DNA of 63,558 nt, the filler included, from Collodictyon triciliatum (lineage: Eukaryota): assembly GCA_043381765.1 (NCBI GenBank). It is 5 parts of 5 records of this genome, joined end to end, with 100 filler letters (N's around TTAATTAATTAA, not from the genome) between each part and the next. Parts side by side here need not be neighbours in the genome. Positions count along the whole stretch, not along the records: positions 11,793 to 29,238 come from JBHJMP010000713.1; 4 more parts are not named here. One strand, given 5' to 3'. Below, piece by piece: positions 11,910 through 29,338 of this stretch. The notes beneath the pieces were generated by a model. The model was not told the origin of the DNA. It did no database searches and was given only the letters and a program-made list of their open reading frames with translations. Numbering within the stretch: position 1 is the first letter of the stretch; each line of letters begins with the position of its first letter. Both the position numbers and the translations under genes were made by a program.

Positions 11910-11985
<76 letters not shown>

Positions 11986-12020
11986 CACAAAAAACGCTCT
12001 GACCTTGCGCATCCGGACAG

Positions 12021-12996
12021 GACAACGAGTTCATCCTCACCGGGTACCGCACACACGCAACCATGACCGACTGCTTCTACTCCGTGTTTTCCGTGCACAA
12101 CGAGACGGGCAACATCTGGTCGCACCTGGGCGGCTTCTTTCTCTTCCTCTACATCTTCCTGGACGATATGGTCTTCACAGAGCAGGAGCTGATGATTCCG
12201 GTGCGGGAGCTGACAGACACACACTGGGCCCGCCTCGGGGACCGAGCCGTCTTCGGCATCTACCTTGTCTCCGTCAAGATGTGCATGCTCTTCTCGTCCC
12301 TCTTCCACATCGTTCTGTGCCACTCTCACGATGCCTTCCGCATCTACAGCAAGCTCGACTGTAAGAACCCGCCCAGCCCCAAAAAGCCCAAACCGCCCTA
12401 ACCCCACATCAACCCACCAGACGCGGGAATCGCCTTCCTCAACTCGGGCAGCTTCTACCCGCTGGTCTACTACTGGTTCTACTGCCGCCCGCACCTGCAG
12501 TTCCTCTACCTGGTCCTCATCACTGCCTTCGGCCTCGCAACCACGAGTCTCGCCCTCACCGACCGCTTCGCAACGCCGCCCTACCGCACAACCCGCGCTG
12601 TCGTCTTCACGCTGACAGGCTTCACCGGCGCCATTCCGGGCATCCACTTTGTGGCAACTCCGGATGACAGCTTCTCCGGCGCGCTGCCCGCCCCGCCCTT
12701 CCCCTTCTTCTACTTTGTCCTGGGCGTCCTCTGTTATCTGACTGGTGCCCTCCTCTACTCGCAACGCATCCCTGAGCGCCTCTGTGCGGGCCGCTTCGAC
12801 TACTGGGTAGGCCCCATGCTTGCAATTCATGCCTCTTCATCCGCAGTTCCGCTCACTCGCTTGCCAGCTGCATTCCCACCAGGTCTTCCACATCCTTGTC
12901 GTGCTCGGTGCCTTGTGCCACTACTGGGGTTGCCACGAGGCCCTCCGTTGGAACGCAACCCGACTCTGCTCAGCCGCCGCTGCCGATATCTACTAG
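12021..12996 (+). CDS. PAQR/adiponectin-receptor (hemolysin III/CREST) family 7TM protein, 5' partial
   Basis: DNEFILTGYR, HNETGNIWSH, SSLFH, KLDYAGI, RIPER..GRFDYW-LHSHQVFHILVVLGALCH. Introns 12361-12420 and about 12807-12868; stop TAG 12994-12996. Confidence 0.94.
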
Positions 12997-13165
12997 CTTC
13001 CGGCCGCCCTTCTCCATGTCCCTTCCCCTTCATATCGCCTTCTCCATGGCTGCATGCACGAGCATAAATCTGCGCTGAGAAGGAAGCATGTGGCAAGAAC
13101 ACAGACACATATGCGAGGACGGGACGGAAATGTGGGGCTGGTTTAGGGAGGGTTATGCGCTGGGT

Positions 13166-13962
13166 TTAGTGTCCGGTTTGGGCCAGAATCTGGAGCTCGG
13201 CGCCGAGGCGGGCCTTGATGATCTCAGCAGCCTTTGCGCGGTTGGCAGCCTTATGGGAGGGATTGTTTGTTGAGTTATTGTGGGGAGGCTAGAAGTCTGT
13301 CGGGGAAAGAGGGGACTTACGAATTGCTTGGCCTTCTTCTTCTTCTCGTCGAAGTAGGCGGCAGAGAGGGCCTTGCGCTTGTCCTCCAGGCGCTGGACAA
13401 CGGTGTTATACTTCCAGCCGAACTCGGTACAGAGGCGGGACAGCACGGTGTAGCTGCGAGATGGGTAGAGGCGCTTGACACGGAGGGCGTCGGGGACAAC
13501 GACGCGCTTGACCTTGTCGTACGGGGCAGGGATTCCCTCGAAGACTTTGAGGCGGGCGAGAGCCTTGGCTCCGCGCTGGGTCTTGTGGGGCAACATGCCG
13601 CGGATGGTGCGCCAGAGGATCTTGCTGGGGGCGCGGTAGTGGACGAAGCCACGGCGGGGGTTGGTGCGGATGTGCTTGCGCAGGAAAAGGGCGAAGCGGT
13701 CTAGAAAAGGCCAGCGAGCAGGTAAGGTAAAAATGAGACTTTGCAGTTGAAAACATGGTGGTTAGGCTTTGGAGCGAGGCCGTTAGATATGGCCAAGTCT
13801 GGCGTACTCACACTTGTTGCGGAAAAGGGAACCGCTGACGTTCAGCTCCTCGGTGCGGACGCAGACAACCTTGCGGCCATTGAGAAGCTCCTTGGCAAGG
13901 TAGGAGGCCAGGCGACCAAGAAGGTGAGCACGGCAGTCAACAACGACGACTTTTTGGGACAT
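13166..13962 (-). CDS. RPL13A: 60S ribosomal protein L13a (uL13), 3 coding exons plus probable 5'UTR intron 13969-14216
   Basis: [29 protein letters not shown]...[55 protein letters not shown]; strong C-ending codon bias. Confidence 0.98.
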
Positions 13963-14583
13963 GTTAACCTGCGCACAGGGAGCAGAGGTTAGCAAAACAT
14001 TGGCAAGTGTGGCCAGCAAGTGAATTGGTGTGTCGGGGTGTGCGCTCGAAATAGTGATCACAGAGAAGTTGCCATCACGCCGGGAGTTGTTTGGTGAGAT
14101 CTGTAAGTGCGTATTGAACCGCCTACACCAAAAAAGAGTCGGCTTCCAAAGGTGGCCAGTGATCAGCAGAACAGCGCACGTGATCATGCAGTACTCATTC
14201 CACAAAATATTGTAACCTTCGTATCTGCTTCAAGCCGCTGTGTGTTTTCATTTATATATGCCATATCGCATTGGTGTGTCGGAGGGATGTAGATTGAGTG
14301 GTTGGCTGGGTGAATCCATGGCGCCGATAGACACGATACATGGTTGTTTTGTGCCGGTTCGGTCCGAAACCCAGAGGAAAATGAGGCCAATCTAAATAAT
14401 GTCCGGGCATTCTGCCTTGATACTATCGTACGGGGTTGTGTGGGAGGTCGGGGTAGTCAAGTCTTTACCTGTTTGGTTACGGGTTGTGGGGGCACACAGG
14501 TCTGCGCAAGTGTCGGCGGGAAAGAGAACGTGGACTTCCAATGGCAAGATCAGCCAATTTCCTCGTTTTCCCCAACGCGCGTT

Positions 14584-14647
14584 AGGTGTCTCGTGATTTG
14601 GTTCGCCTTGCAGGCGCGGAGGTTCGATTCCCGTCCGATACTCGCAT
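14584..14647 (+). pseudogene. Degenerate tRNA-like sequence (resembles tRNA-Gly/Asp 3' half; B-box)
   Basis: TCGCCTTGCAGGCGCGGAGGTTCGATTCCCGTCCGATAC: anticodon-like hairpin, GGTTCGATTCC T-loop/B-box, possible GGTGTC/GATACT acceptor pairing. D-arm and T-stem are defective. Confidence 0.3.
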
Positions 14648-15042
14648 AAATGTCCCGAACTGGAATAACTTTGTTCAAAAGAGAAGGCCGACCAAAATAG
14701 CCAAAAAGAAAACACATCCAAAGATGTAATAGATGACAAATTTATATAGAAAATTCACCAGTATTTTATTGAATTCAGCATCAAGATAACCTGTCATGTT
14801 TTCTGGTTAATACCGCAGTCGGCGCCAAATGACAAACGAAGCGACGCGAGCGCACATAAAAGACAAGGCTTGGAATCACGGCGCACAAAGCAGGCGACGA
14901 TCGCCGCAACCCACAAAGCCAGAGAACTGCGTTGGGAGGCCCACGGCTGCAGGCCTCAAAAATGAACTAGTCGTTTTGTATCGATAAACACTTGGGCAAA
15001 CTGAGCCTTCCTCCCCTTTCTCTTTCTTTTTCTGTTTCTTTT

Positions 15043-15103
<61 letters not shown>

Positions 15104-15255
15104 GTATTTTTCCTTCCTGTCTGTCTCCAGTTTGCGCAACACAACAACACGAGTCTTGAACGAGTTCCTGTGTTTTTTTTTCCCCATATATCAGCGAATA
15201 AACTAATCCAATACTCGCACCTTCCTCCATGAAAAGTCAACAAGGTACGCATACA

Positions 15256-17381
15256 ATGTCCCTCTCGAGGATTCTTCACAAGCAAGCGTTCTTGCAATCG
15301 CTGCGCGGAGTTCACACTACGACCCAGTCTCTCAATCTGCTTCGACGCAGAACAATGCCTGTGGAAACAGTCTACCTGCCTTTGGCTGGCGGTGTTCTGA
15401 GTACGTTCTCGACACAACTTTTCAACTTTTCCACTTTTCCATTTTTTTCTATTTCCTTCAGTCATTTTCATTCATGTTTCCATGGATTCAATTTGCCTCA
15501 ACACCTGTGGCTGATACATAATCTCCATCTGCCATATTATCTGTGGGGACTTTGAAGAACCTTTTTTTTTTAAAAAAAAATGAACAAAAGGGTGAATCAA
15601 ATGTCGTCTCTATATGACTGCCATAACCAAATGAATCATTTCACAGCTCACCAAGTGCGCGCAGATGAGAGTCGTCGAATCATGCGAGAAGTTGAGATTC
15701 TAAAGGAAAAGGGCGTTATGTCTCTGCAGTCAAAGATCGACGCGAGAGATGTCTACTGGCTCAACGATGACATCACCTTTGTTGGTATTGGGAGCAGGAC
15801 GAATCTGCCTGCGTTTCAGTCTCTCTTGACTCATAACCTCGTCCGCTCTCGGCGTGTTGCGACGGTATGATTTGATACTAAATTTGAAAACAATGGCAAT
15901 AACGAGTTAAAAATGAATAATGAATAATGAATAATGAATAATGAATAATGAATAATGAATAATGAATAATGAATAATCAAAAAACCAAATAAATAAATAA
16001 ACAACCAACAGATTCGATGAGTAATATTCTTTTGATTATTCTTTTCAATTATTTGAATGTATTCTTTTTGTCCTGCCCCTCGATGATAGGATCTGATCCA
16101 CGTTTTTCAAATCGAAATGTCTGAATGCAATCTTCCCAGAGCTACTCCATTTATTTATATATTTTTCTTTTGGTTTATGCTTGTTCTTTTCTTCAATAGG
16201 TATCTGATGTTTTTGATAGGGATGCCTCTAGGGAGACACTCAATGACGTCTTTAACATGGTGACTGATGATGTCGCCTGTCTCCTGGAAAAAATTCAGCG
16301 CCCTCCACTTCGACGTCTGGTGAATGAATACGTTCGCTCATCGACTGGACAGTACACGCTCGTCAATCATGATGTTGACTTCAGTGCATATTTACATGAA
16401 AACGGTAATTAATCGCATTCATCTATACATATACGTGATGATTTTTTTGAGGTCAACAAAGTCAAAGTTTTTTTTCTTTTTTTAGATGTATTCTGCAAAA
16501 AAGAAAAAAAGTATATGTATACTTCTTTCTTACCAATATATAACTATCCGTCAAAAACCTAACCGACTTGATTATTTTCTTGACGGAACAGGCATCCGTA
16601 TTGTGCCTGTGAAGGAACAGTCGAAGTTACTATCAATGACTCGCCATGATGTTTCCATTCAACAGGCAGCTTTTACATATTAATGCTGCACTTTGATAGA
16701 CTTGTACAATTAAAAATAAAATAAAATGTAGATAAAATGTAATATGTGGCCTCCTCACAACTTTTCCCACTGTTTACTCAAAATTCTATCCATAGAGCAC
16801 CAACCACGTTTTCATGGTCGCTCCGACAGCTTTTGAACCAAACATTCAAGCACAGCAGGATAACTACTTTATGGTACCTTGCTTGTATTAACAAACGCCT
16901 GAGGCAACAGTGCAACCCTGTTGCAATTTACTGACAAAAGATATTGTTCATTACAAAAAAAATGCAGGTCAAATCAGAGGATGGCCGAGACATGTCCTTC
17001 GCAGTGACCAAGGAGAATATTTGCCGAAGGTATCTTAAAAAAATAGGAAAAAACCTTTCTCCAATACATAGTATGTTATGAAATAGTACCTTTTTGAGGG
17101 TATTGAATGCTTACATCCATGTGATTCTGTCACAAACGACATCGATTTTACAACACAGAGCCATGGACGAGTTTGCCAGACTCCATAGTGCAGTTACAGA
17201 AAAAGCAGGTGTTCATGTCCATCTCTTTACTCATGGTAATTTTGAATCCTTACATCCATCATTCATAATCCTATGTAGAATGCAAAAACAATTACTTTGA
17301 AGGAAAACATACATACAAAGCTCTAGATCATATCCTTTTGATTTTGTAGATCAAAATTCCTCCTCCTCCTCCTCCTCCTCC

Positions 17382-17427
<46 letters not shown>

Positions 17428-19070
17428 TTGCAGAGCAACATCACGATACTCCTGATGCCGTATTTCCCAATAACTGGTTCAGCACACACACCGATTTCGA
17501 AGTGGGAGAATGTACACTTGTTCTCTATCCGATGAAGGTCCCCAATCGCCGCAAGGAAAGGTATACCCCAAGAAGCTGAATTATTTTTCCTAGCCTCAGA
17601 AATAAAAATATCCATGGCGATTGACAAAGCATACAACCTTATCTTTTAATATTCAGACGCCCAGAGTTTATTGAGCGACTTATGTCCTTCCGCCGTTACA
17701 CACATATTTATGATATGTCCCGACAAGAGGAAGCTCTGAACGTGAGTGCTTTATCATTAGATTTTTTCTTTCAATTTGATACACCGTTACAATATCAAAC
17801 CTGTTTAACCACCAAATAACCATTAAACACGTCTATAATTATGTAACACTTCAGGCGAAGTTTCTTGAAGGAACTGGAAGCCTTGTCCTTGACCGAATCA
17901 ATAAGGTTTACTACGAATAAAGTCACCTTTTTTTTTTTATTCCGTTGTGAGCGATACTGCAAAGACAATTTTTCTTAGAGGTCAAATAATAATTTTTTTT
18001 GGGTATAAACTAATTTACTTTCATCATTTTTTTTTTGTTCTGTCCAAAGGTGGCATATGTTGCTGTCTCTGAGCGTTCCGACCTAAAACTTTCGCAAACT
18101 TGGGCCCGAGTATGTAGCACCACTTCACACCCTTTATTTATATGCTGATATTCTGCGTCTCTCATACACACAGGAAGTTACCATATTTATATATATATAT
18201 ATATATTCCTGTTCGAATACAGCCAAGAATATCCTGTTCTTGACCGTCCAAAAAGGTTTTATTATATCAAATAATTGTGTGAAACACAATGCACCCCTTC
18301 TCCTTTTTCAAATGACAGGTAATGGGGTACGACCTTGTTCCTTTTGTGAGTACCGACCGTAATGACCGTGTCGTTTACCACACAAACGTTGTTATGTGTA
18401 TCGGCACGCGTGTGGCAATCATTTGCTCAGAGAGCATCAACGACACAAAGGAGCGGTAGGTCTCAGACAACAATCAGATTTGCAAATGAACGCGCGATGC
18501 GAACTCATATGTATTTGTATATATAATCATTTGATACAGCAATTATTAACATTATACAAATCAATTTTTAATTTTGTTTTTTTTATTTCAAGCTAAAATC
18601 ACATAAATAACACCAATACATGCAACGCTTTCGTCATTTTGCTTGCTCTCTCCAATGATTTTGCAATTTGTCTACATGCTTATAGAGAGTTTGTGCTTGC
18701 CCGTCTGAAAGAGCATCATGAAGTTGTCGAAATATCACGCGAACAGATGCATAGCTTCTGTGGAAATGTGTTGGAGCTCGAGACCTTCTACGGCAACCAG
18801 TCCCTCGTCATGAGCACACAGGCCTACAACGTTTGTTCCTCTCAGATGCTAGAGCATACATAGAGACCCAGATTCGCCAACCTCCCCTTTTTTCTACTTG
18901 TGCATTTTTTTTTTCACATAAATACACACTGTTCTCTTTCACAGGCTTTCCGCCCAGAGCAGCGCGACCAAATGTTGGGCCAGGTCAATGATTTGATCCA
19001 CTCAGACATCACAGCCATCGAGACATTCGGCGGAGGAGGTGTTCGTTGCGCCATCGCGGAGCTTTTCTAA
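15256..19070 (+). CDS. Amidinotransferase-superfamily fusion: presequence + degenerate arginine deiminase-like domain + CtlX/citrulline-utilisation-type hydrolase domain
   Basis: About 15 exons. N-domain: FVGIGSRTN...RSRRVATVSDVFDRD...RRLVNEYVR...DVDFSAYL. C-domain: STNHVFMVAPTAF..N..AQQDNYFM, TPDAVFPNNWFSTH, LYPMKVPNRRKERR, FLEGTGSLVLDR, YHTNVVMCIG, FCGNVLEL, IETFGGGGVRCAIAELF*. Confidence 0.9.
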
Positions 19071-19336
19071 CAAGATGCAAAAGAGGAAGAGGAAGCCCGT
19101 CTGCAATCCATAAAAATTCAATCACACAATACACAGCAAGTTTGAGATACTGAATGCTACACTCATGAAATAGAGAGCCCTAATGATAAGGGAATATTTT
19201 CGCTAAATATGAAAAAAAAAAAAAAGAAGAAAAGATAAAAATAAATCCTGTTCTTGAATATTGAAGAGATTATCAATTTATATAGCCGGGTTTACTATTA
19301 GTCATTTGATAGGCAGATGGAGCGCCAGTGTTCTTG

Positions 19337-20870
19337 TCACTCAGGCCTCCGCTTGGATTGTGTTGCCACAATATCGTCCAGACTGCGCGGAGGAGAAGGC
19401 TCGTCATAGTCGTAGCGGTTGGGTGTGGGATTGGCCAGCTTCAGTTGAATCATGCGCCCAAGGACAACTGGATTTCTGGAAAAGTTTTTAAGAATCATCT
19501 TGCGTGTGTGCTCAGTCATGAGTGGCTCCCTTTTCTCCTGTTCCAGAGCCTCCACGTTCTGTCATACACAGAGCTTGATCAGTTTTGTGCCATGCAATTC
19601 CGATTATGAACCGGCCGCCAATGAGTCGATACCCGTGTTTATAAGTAAGTGATTATTCACGCGGCATATGTTGAAGCTTTTTTCGTACCAGCATGGCTTG
19701 TGCGTTTGGTGGGTGTAACCACGGCCGCTTTAAGACCTCACTCTCTGGGTTCAGCGGCTGAAGCATCTTCCGCCACTCGAGGTACTTATCCAACGTATCA
19801 AGAAGCCTATATGGATGATGCAAAGATTGAGATAAGTGCTACACACATAAAAAAATAAATAAATTGAAATATAGGTGGCTGCGCTATTGCAGATAAAAGG
19901 TCAGATCTGTGCAAAAATGCGCCACTATTCATGACTAAAATTCAAGTTACGACATAAGTACTTGGATTCATTTTTCATTCGGCAGCAAGCCATGAAAAGT
20001 TGCTCGTAAATGCGGTAGTCAAGCTGGATGTTAGATTTTCTCATCTCATCTACAAGGCCAAATCCTTGTTCATATTTTTCGTTACGTACAAAGCATTTGA
20101 GGATTGGATGATAGGCATCAGCACGAGCAGTGAGTTGCCACTTAGGAAAATCACCAATCAGGGATAGTGCCTGCAAGTATATAATATGAATTTCATTCAT
20201 TCATTTAATTACCATTACCATTTATTTTTTTTTTAGAAATGGTTTAAGCTTCATTTAAAGGAATTTTTTTAACATATAAAGTAAATTACGGCATATGCAT
20301 AATGTAAGAGTCGATATAGTCATGTCAAGTGGTGGCGCAGTATGTAATGCAAAGACCTTTTCGGCATCATCTCCCTCAGCATAAATTCGGACAAGGGTTG
20401 TCACAGACGGCAAAGTGTATTCAAATCCAAGCTCCTTGATTTCAGCAAAGAGTTTTTGTGCTTCCTAGCCGCCCATTGATATAAATGATCAGGTTTATAA
20501 TTCTTTTGGTACTGAAAATTCAGCAAACTTGGTCTTTCAAAATAAATTAAATAAACTAAATAAACTAAATAAATTCGAAGGCAGAATATCATACATATAA
20601 CTATATCCAATTGAAAAAAATATGTACCTCAATATTCTTTTCTTTAACTTCCTTCGGTGCTTTTACTTGACCGTTTGCATATGCGTGGAGTAGTGTATTG
20701 TAAGAAATATCATCGGGGTCAATATCACGGTCAGTCATAAACTTCATCACCTAGGACAGAAAACAACACCGAGGCAAAATATACACAAGAAAAGTTCAGA
20801 AAATATTTCAACTATAAAAAAAAATAAGAAAGCACAAACATAATATAGGAGTAGCATGGAAATATTCTCC

Positions 20871-20969
<99 letters not shown>

Positions 20970-23172
20970 AGACGATTGCCACCTTTAAAGAGCCAGTAAC
21001 ATCGCCTGTTCGTGCATGGGCAAAGAGAGCAGCATTGCATGCATAAATATCGGGTAATGCACCGCTGGCAGCCATTCCTTCCATCAAATTATACGCTTCT
21101 TCCTTATCTATATAGACAATACAATTAATAATTTGAAAGGCAGTACTGGTAACGATAATATGCTCGAATTTAAGGGGTGCCAAAGTCAAATATGATATTA
21201 TTCCAGTGAGTGAATATGCATACTGCCGCGACGAGCGTTTGCATAGATGAGCGCTGTAAAAGCAACTCTATCGGGGAAGATTCCCATCGTTTCCATGTCT
21301 TGGAAGAAGTTCATGGCTCTCTCCAGGTTACCAATCTGCATTTTGACTTCATTTTAGGAGGATTCGTGAGGAAATCGGGAGAGCTTCCAAAAAAAAAAAA
21401 GACTTGACATTTATTCTAAAAAACAGTGCTACAAACAATAAGAGGAACGAAAAAAAAATTATTTGTTGTAAAATTTTTGATTAGTAGTTGAAAACAAATG
21501 AAAACAGTATCCAGAGATAGAATTAATGCCAACCTTGGCGTGACAGAAGATCATCGTGCTGAAAGCTCTTTTGTCCAGCTTCATTTCAGTTCGTCTCATA
21601 TAGTTGAACAGTTCGATGGCAGAATCATAGTCATTTATCTTGATGCAGGCACGCATCAAGGAATGATATACTTTCTGATGGGTACGTATGGAGAAAATGA
21701 GGCAAGTGATTTTCTATTTTGTTCTGTGGAGTACTGATAGGTTATCCCAAATATTTTTCATAAAAAACCAACTTCTGAGACATTAATCCCCTCCACCAAC
21801 ATTTCGTCCATCGTCTGGAATGCTTCCTTGATATATTTACACCGCCCAAGGGCATCAACAAGGGCTCCATAGTTGTAATACGTTGGTTTCATACGTCCTT
21901 TTAATTGGCCGGCAGAAAATAAAATGGAAGCGGTTGGATTGGATGTATATATAAAGCGGAACATGCAAAAAATCTTGAGTCTTGGATAAATTCAACTAGA
22001 AAAACCTTTCAGCTCTTTGAAAAGCTCCAAAGCTTTATCAGGCATATTTCCTCTCCCACACGCCATGAGTGCAGCTGTATATGTTGTAGTATCTGGTTGA
22101 AAACCTTTAATCTACGAGAGTACATAGAAGAAAAGAATTGAATAAATCCAGTGTGGTTTTCAACAAGATTAAAGTTTTAATGATCAGGTTTCCCCATCAT
22201 CATATTATTACTATTAAGAACGCACCTTCATCAACTCAAATGTTTTCAAAGCACCAAGAGGATTTTTATTCAGAGCCTGAGATGTAATTACGCGGGTAAA
22301 GTCCTCAATCCTGAACTTCCAGGTGTTCTGTAGTCAACATCATGAATCAATCAGATGATTTGTAGAATCCAAGTGATAAAAAAAAATATAACTAAAAGTA
22401 ACGAAACAAAATATGAGATGCGCTGAAAATACAGAGCAGAACCAACCTTGAGTTTCTGTCCAATCTTGCCTTGCACAGCCGACTGGGTTTGCTGAGTCTG
22501 CATTGCATCATCTTTTGCCTCTACTAGTGGGTCATCTGATAAGACTGCAATCTCACCAAAGCCAGCGTCATAGTCTGGTTGAGCTGGTTCAGCCTTGTTA
22601 ATCGATGCCCGCAGAATAGACTCGAGGCGCATTGGCTTCGGCGAAGGCTCTGCTTGGCCTGAAGAGATCTGCGCCTTCTTTTTTGCCTCCGGCTGGAAGC
22701 GATGCAGTCTGTCCAGAAAGACTTTGATCTCCTCCTGGGTTGCGTAGTTGCGGATCTTTGTCTCTTGGTCGAGCGGAAACAGATCCTTGTCCATTAGATC
22801 CTTGTAGTTTTTCCAGAAGAACGGATCTCCGACATCCTCTCCCGGGGTTTTCTGAGTGTGAGGGTGCTTATGCCAAGTACGTGCGAAGAGGTATGTCGTG
22901 CTTGCAAGAGAGAGAGACAGAGAAGAAAAAAACAAGAAAAAAAAAACAATAATAATAAAAGAAAAAAAAAACTGATAACAACAGTCGCTTGCCTCGAGTT
23001 CTTTGATGTCGTTCTCGGTGAGTTCCTTGTGTTGCTTTGCTGAGGGTTTTCCTTTGCCCTTCTTTGAGCGGTATGTGGACACGATGGACAAGAATCGGCT
23101 GTGCGGCAACGCAAGTGCAGGTGTTCCAGCCCAGTTCGAGAGGAGCTGCGACTGAAGCAGCAGGCGAAGCAT
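19337..23172 (-). CDS. Pentatricopeptide repeat (P-class PPR) protein, probably mitochondrial
   Basis: Tandem ~35-aa motifs across exons (GFQPDTTTYTAALMACGR, MKPTYYNYGALVDALGR, LDKRAFSTMIFCHAK, IFPDRVAFTALI, LPDIYACNAAL, IDPDDISYNTLL). Arg/Leu/Ser-rich N-terminus MLRLLLQSQ. Confidence 0.92.
20872..20970. repeat. (CA)n plus poly-A tract in PPR intron
   Basis: Visible. Confidence 0.95.
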
Positions 23173-23692
23173 AGCTCTGTGTGGATAAGCGCATATGAAA
23201 GAGTCCACTTAGCCGTGTCCTTCTCCCTCTTCTCGCACTTTCGTGAGTCATTGAGTGCGTTTGGTGGATTCTTTGCGCCGGGAAGGCATCGTCGCTCGCC
23301 TCGGATTCTCATCAACTCGCAAACGAAAATGAGTTTGTGTGTGGCCACGCAAGTGAAGTTGTTCGAACGTGTTTGCCTAATTTCCAATCACAAGGGCATC
23401 ACAAAAGCCTGCTGTTTTCCCCGCCACCATCACTGATTCTATCGCGTTATTTGGAACTGTGCGGCAACGAAAACTGTCAGATGCCATTCGCTGGTGATTG
23501 AGAGAACAAATCATTGTGGCGAAGAAGATATGGATGGCGTCTCAAGCGAATGATTCAATCGGGGCGTTTTCAGTGCGCGAGTGGTTTATGGTATGTGATG
23601 GGAGTTCTAATTTTCTATGTTCTGCGTTATTCGCGAAGCTTTTGGGGATGGAGGAGGTCAAAGATGAGAGTGTATAAGATGAAATAATAAAT

Positions 23693-23748
<56 letters not shown>

Positions 23749-23957
23749 ATTATTATTATGGGAAAAAAAAAACTATCAAAACAAGTTTGGATTGGTGTTT
23801 CAAGGGCGTTCTCTGATATCGAGATAATGTCATTCCACTTGGCAGAAAATGCTTGCCAGAAACGAGGTATTCAATATAATGCAAGAAACTGATACTGGTT
23901 GCCCTAGGAGCGGGTAGTTTTCGGGATGAAGACATTCAAGAGAAACCATTTGTTCGG

Positions 23958-27814
<3,857 letters not shown>

Positions 27815-28471
27815 TGCCGGCCCCGCACTCTTGCTTTCTGGCGAGTTCTATGGTTTGGTGACTCTTGTTTTCTGTCTATTTTTGCCTTCTTTTTCCTTTT
27901 TTTTGTTCTTTCTTTTTATTATTATTATTCTCTTTTTTTTGTGTGTGTGTTTTTGTTCTTTTGTTCTTTTTGTTCTTTTTGTTCTTTTTGTTCTTTTTGT
28001 TCTTTTTGTTCTTTTTGTTCTTTTTGTTCTTTTTGTTCTTTTTGTTTTTTTTGTTNNNNNNNNNNNNNNNNNNNNNNNNNNNNNNNNNNNNNNNNNNNNN
28101 NNNNNNNNNNNNNNNNNNNNNNNNNNNNNNNNNNNNNNNNNNNNNNNNNNNNNNNNNNNNNNNNNNNNNNNNNNNNNNNNNNNNNNNNNNNNNNNNNNNN
28201 NNNNNNNNNNNNNNNNNNNNNNNNNNNNNNNNNNNNNNNNNNNNNNNNNNNNNNNNNNNNNNNNNNNNNNNNNNNNNNNNNNNNNNNNNNNNNNNNNNNN
28301 NNNNNNNNNNNNNNNNNNNNNNNNNNNNNNNNNNNNNNNNNNNNNNNNNNNNNNNNNNNNNNNNNNNNNNNNNNNNNNNNNNNNNNNNNNNNNNNNNNNN
28401 NNNNNNNNNNNNNNNNNNNNNNNNNNNNNNNNNNNNNNNNNNNNNNNNNNNNNNNNNNNNNNNNNNNNNNN

Positions 28472-28505
<34 letters not shown>

Positions 28506-28689
28506 TTCTTTTTGTTTTTTTTGTTCTTTTTGTTCTTTTTGTTCCGTAACAGGTTGTGAACAAAGAGACAGCAGAGCGATGCCTCGCTTTTAAAAAGTGA
28601 AATAAAACAATGTCAAAACAGAGTAGAAAAACAAAAAAAAAAAAGGTGAGTGTTGACAAAGGAAGATCGCATGAAATCTATTCTAATAA

Positions 28690-28810
28690 ATATGACGTGG
28701 AAAAAAACGAGGAAAGAAGGACGAAGATGCCTCTGATGCTTCTGTACTCGCTCTACAAAAACAGTGGGAAGCCAGGAGCGCCAGGATTGTTGGACTTGGA
28801 AGGCCAGCTC
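28690..28810 (+). CDS. Possible exon of an unidentified gene divergent from FLCN
   Basis: GC-richer block ending in a consensus donor CTC|GTAAGT, followed by pyrimidine repeat and scaffold end. Frame and product unknown. Confidence 0.25.
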
Positions 28811-29238
28811 GTAAGTCTTTGTTGTGCTTCGATTTTAACCTTTTCTCTTCTTCTCTTCTATTTTTCTATTTTTCTATTTTTCTATTTTTCTATTTTTTCT
28901 CTTTCTTTTTCTCCTTCTTTCTCTTTCTTTCTCTTTTTTCTCTTTTTTTTCTCCTTCTTTCTCTTTCTTTCTCTTTTTTCTCTTTTTTCTCTTTTTTCTC
29001 TCCTTCTTTCTCTTTTTTCTCTTTTTTCTCTTTTTTTCTCTTTTTCTCTTTTTTCTCTTTTTTCTCTTTTTTCTCTTTTTCTCTTTTTCTCTTTTTCTCT
29101 TTTTCTCTTTTTCTCTTTTTTTCTTTTTCTCTTTTTCTCTTTTTTCTCTTTTTTCTCTTTTTTTCTTTTTTTCTCATTTTTCTGTTTTTTCTCTTTTTTT
29201 CTCTTTTTTTCTCTATTTTTCTCTATTTTTTTTCTCCT

Positions 29239-29338
29239 NNNNNNNNNNNNNNNNNNNNNNNNNNNNNNNNNNNNNNNNNNNNTTAATTAATTAANNNNNN
29301 NNNNNNNNNNNNNNNNNNNNNNNNNNNNNNNNNNNNNN
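29239..29338. other. Artificial scaffold-joining linker
   Basis: TTAATTAATTAA at 29283-29294 within Ns. Confidence 0.95.

Noticed and set aside
11745-13704. Antisense ORFs 11745-12830 (-) and 13234-13704 (+)
   Set aside because: Shadow ORFs opposite the GC-rich, codon-biased PAQR and RPL13A genes.
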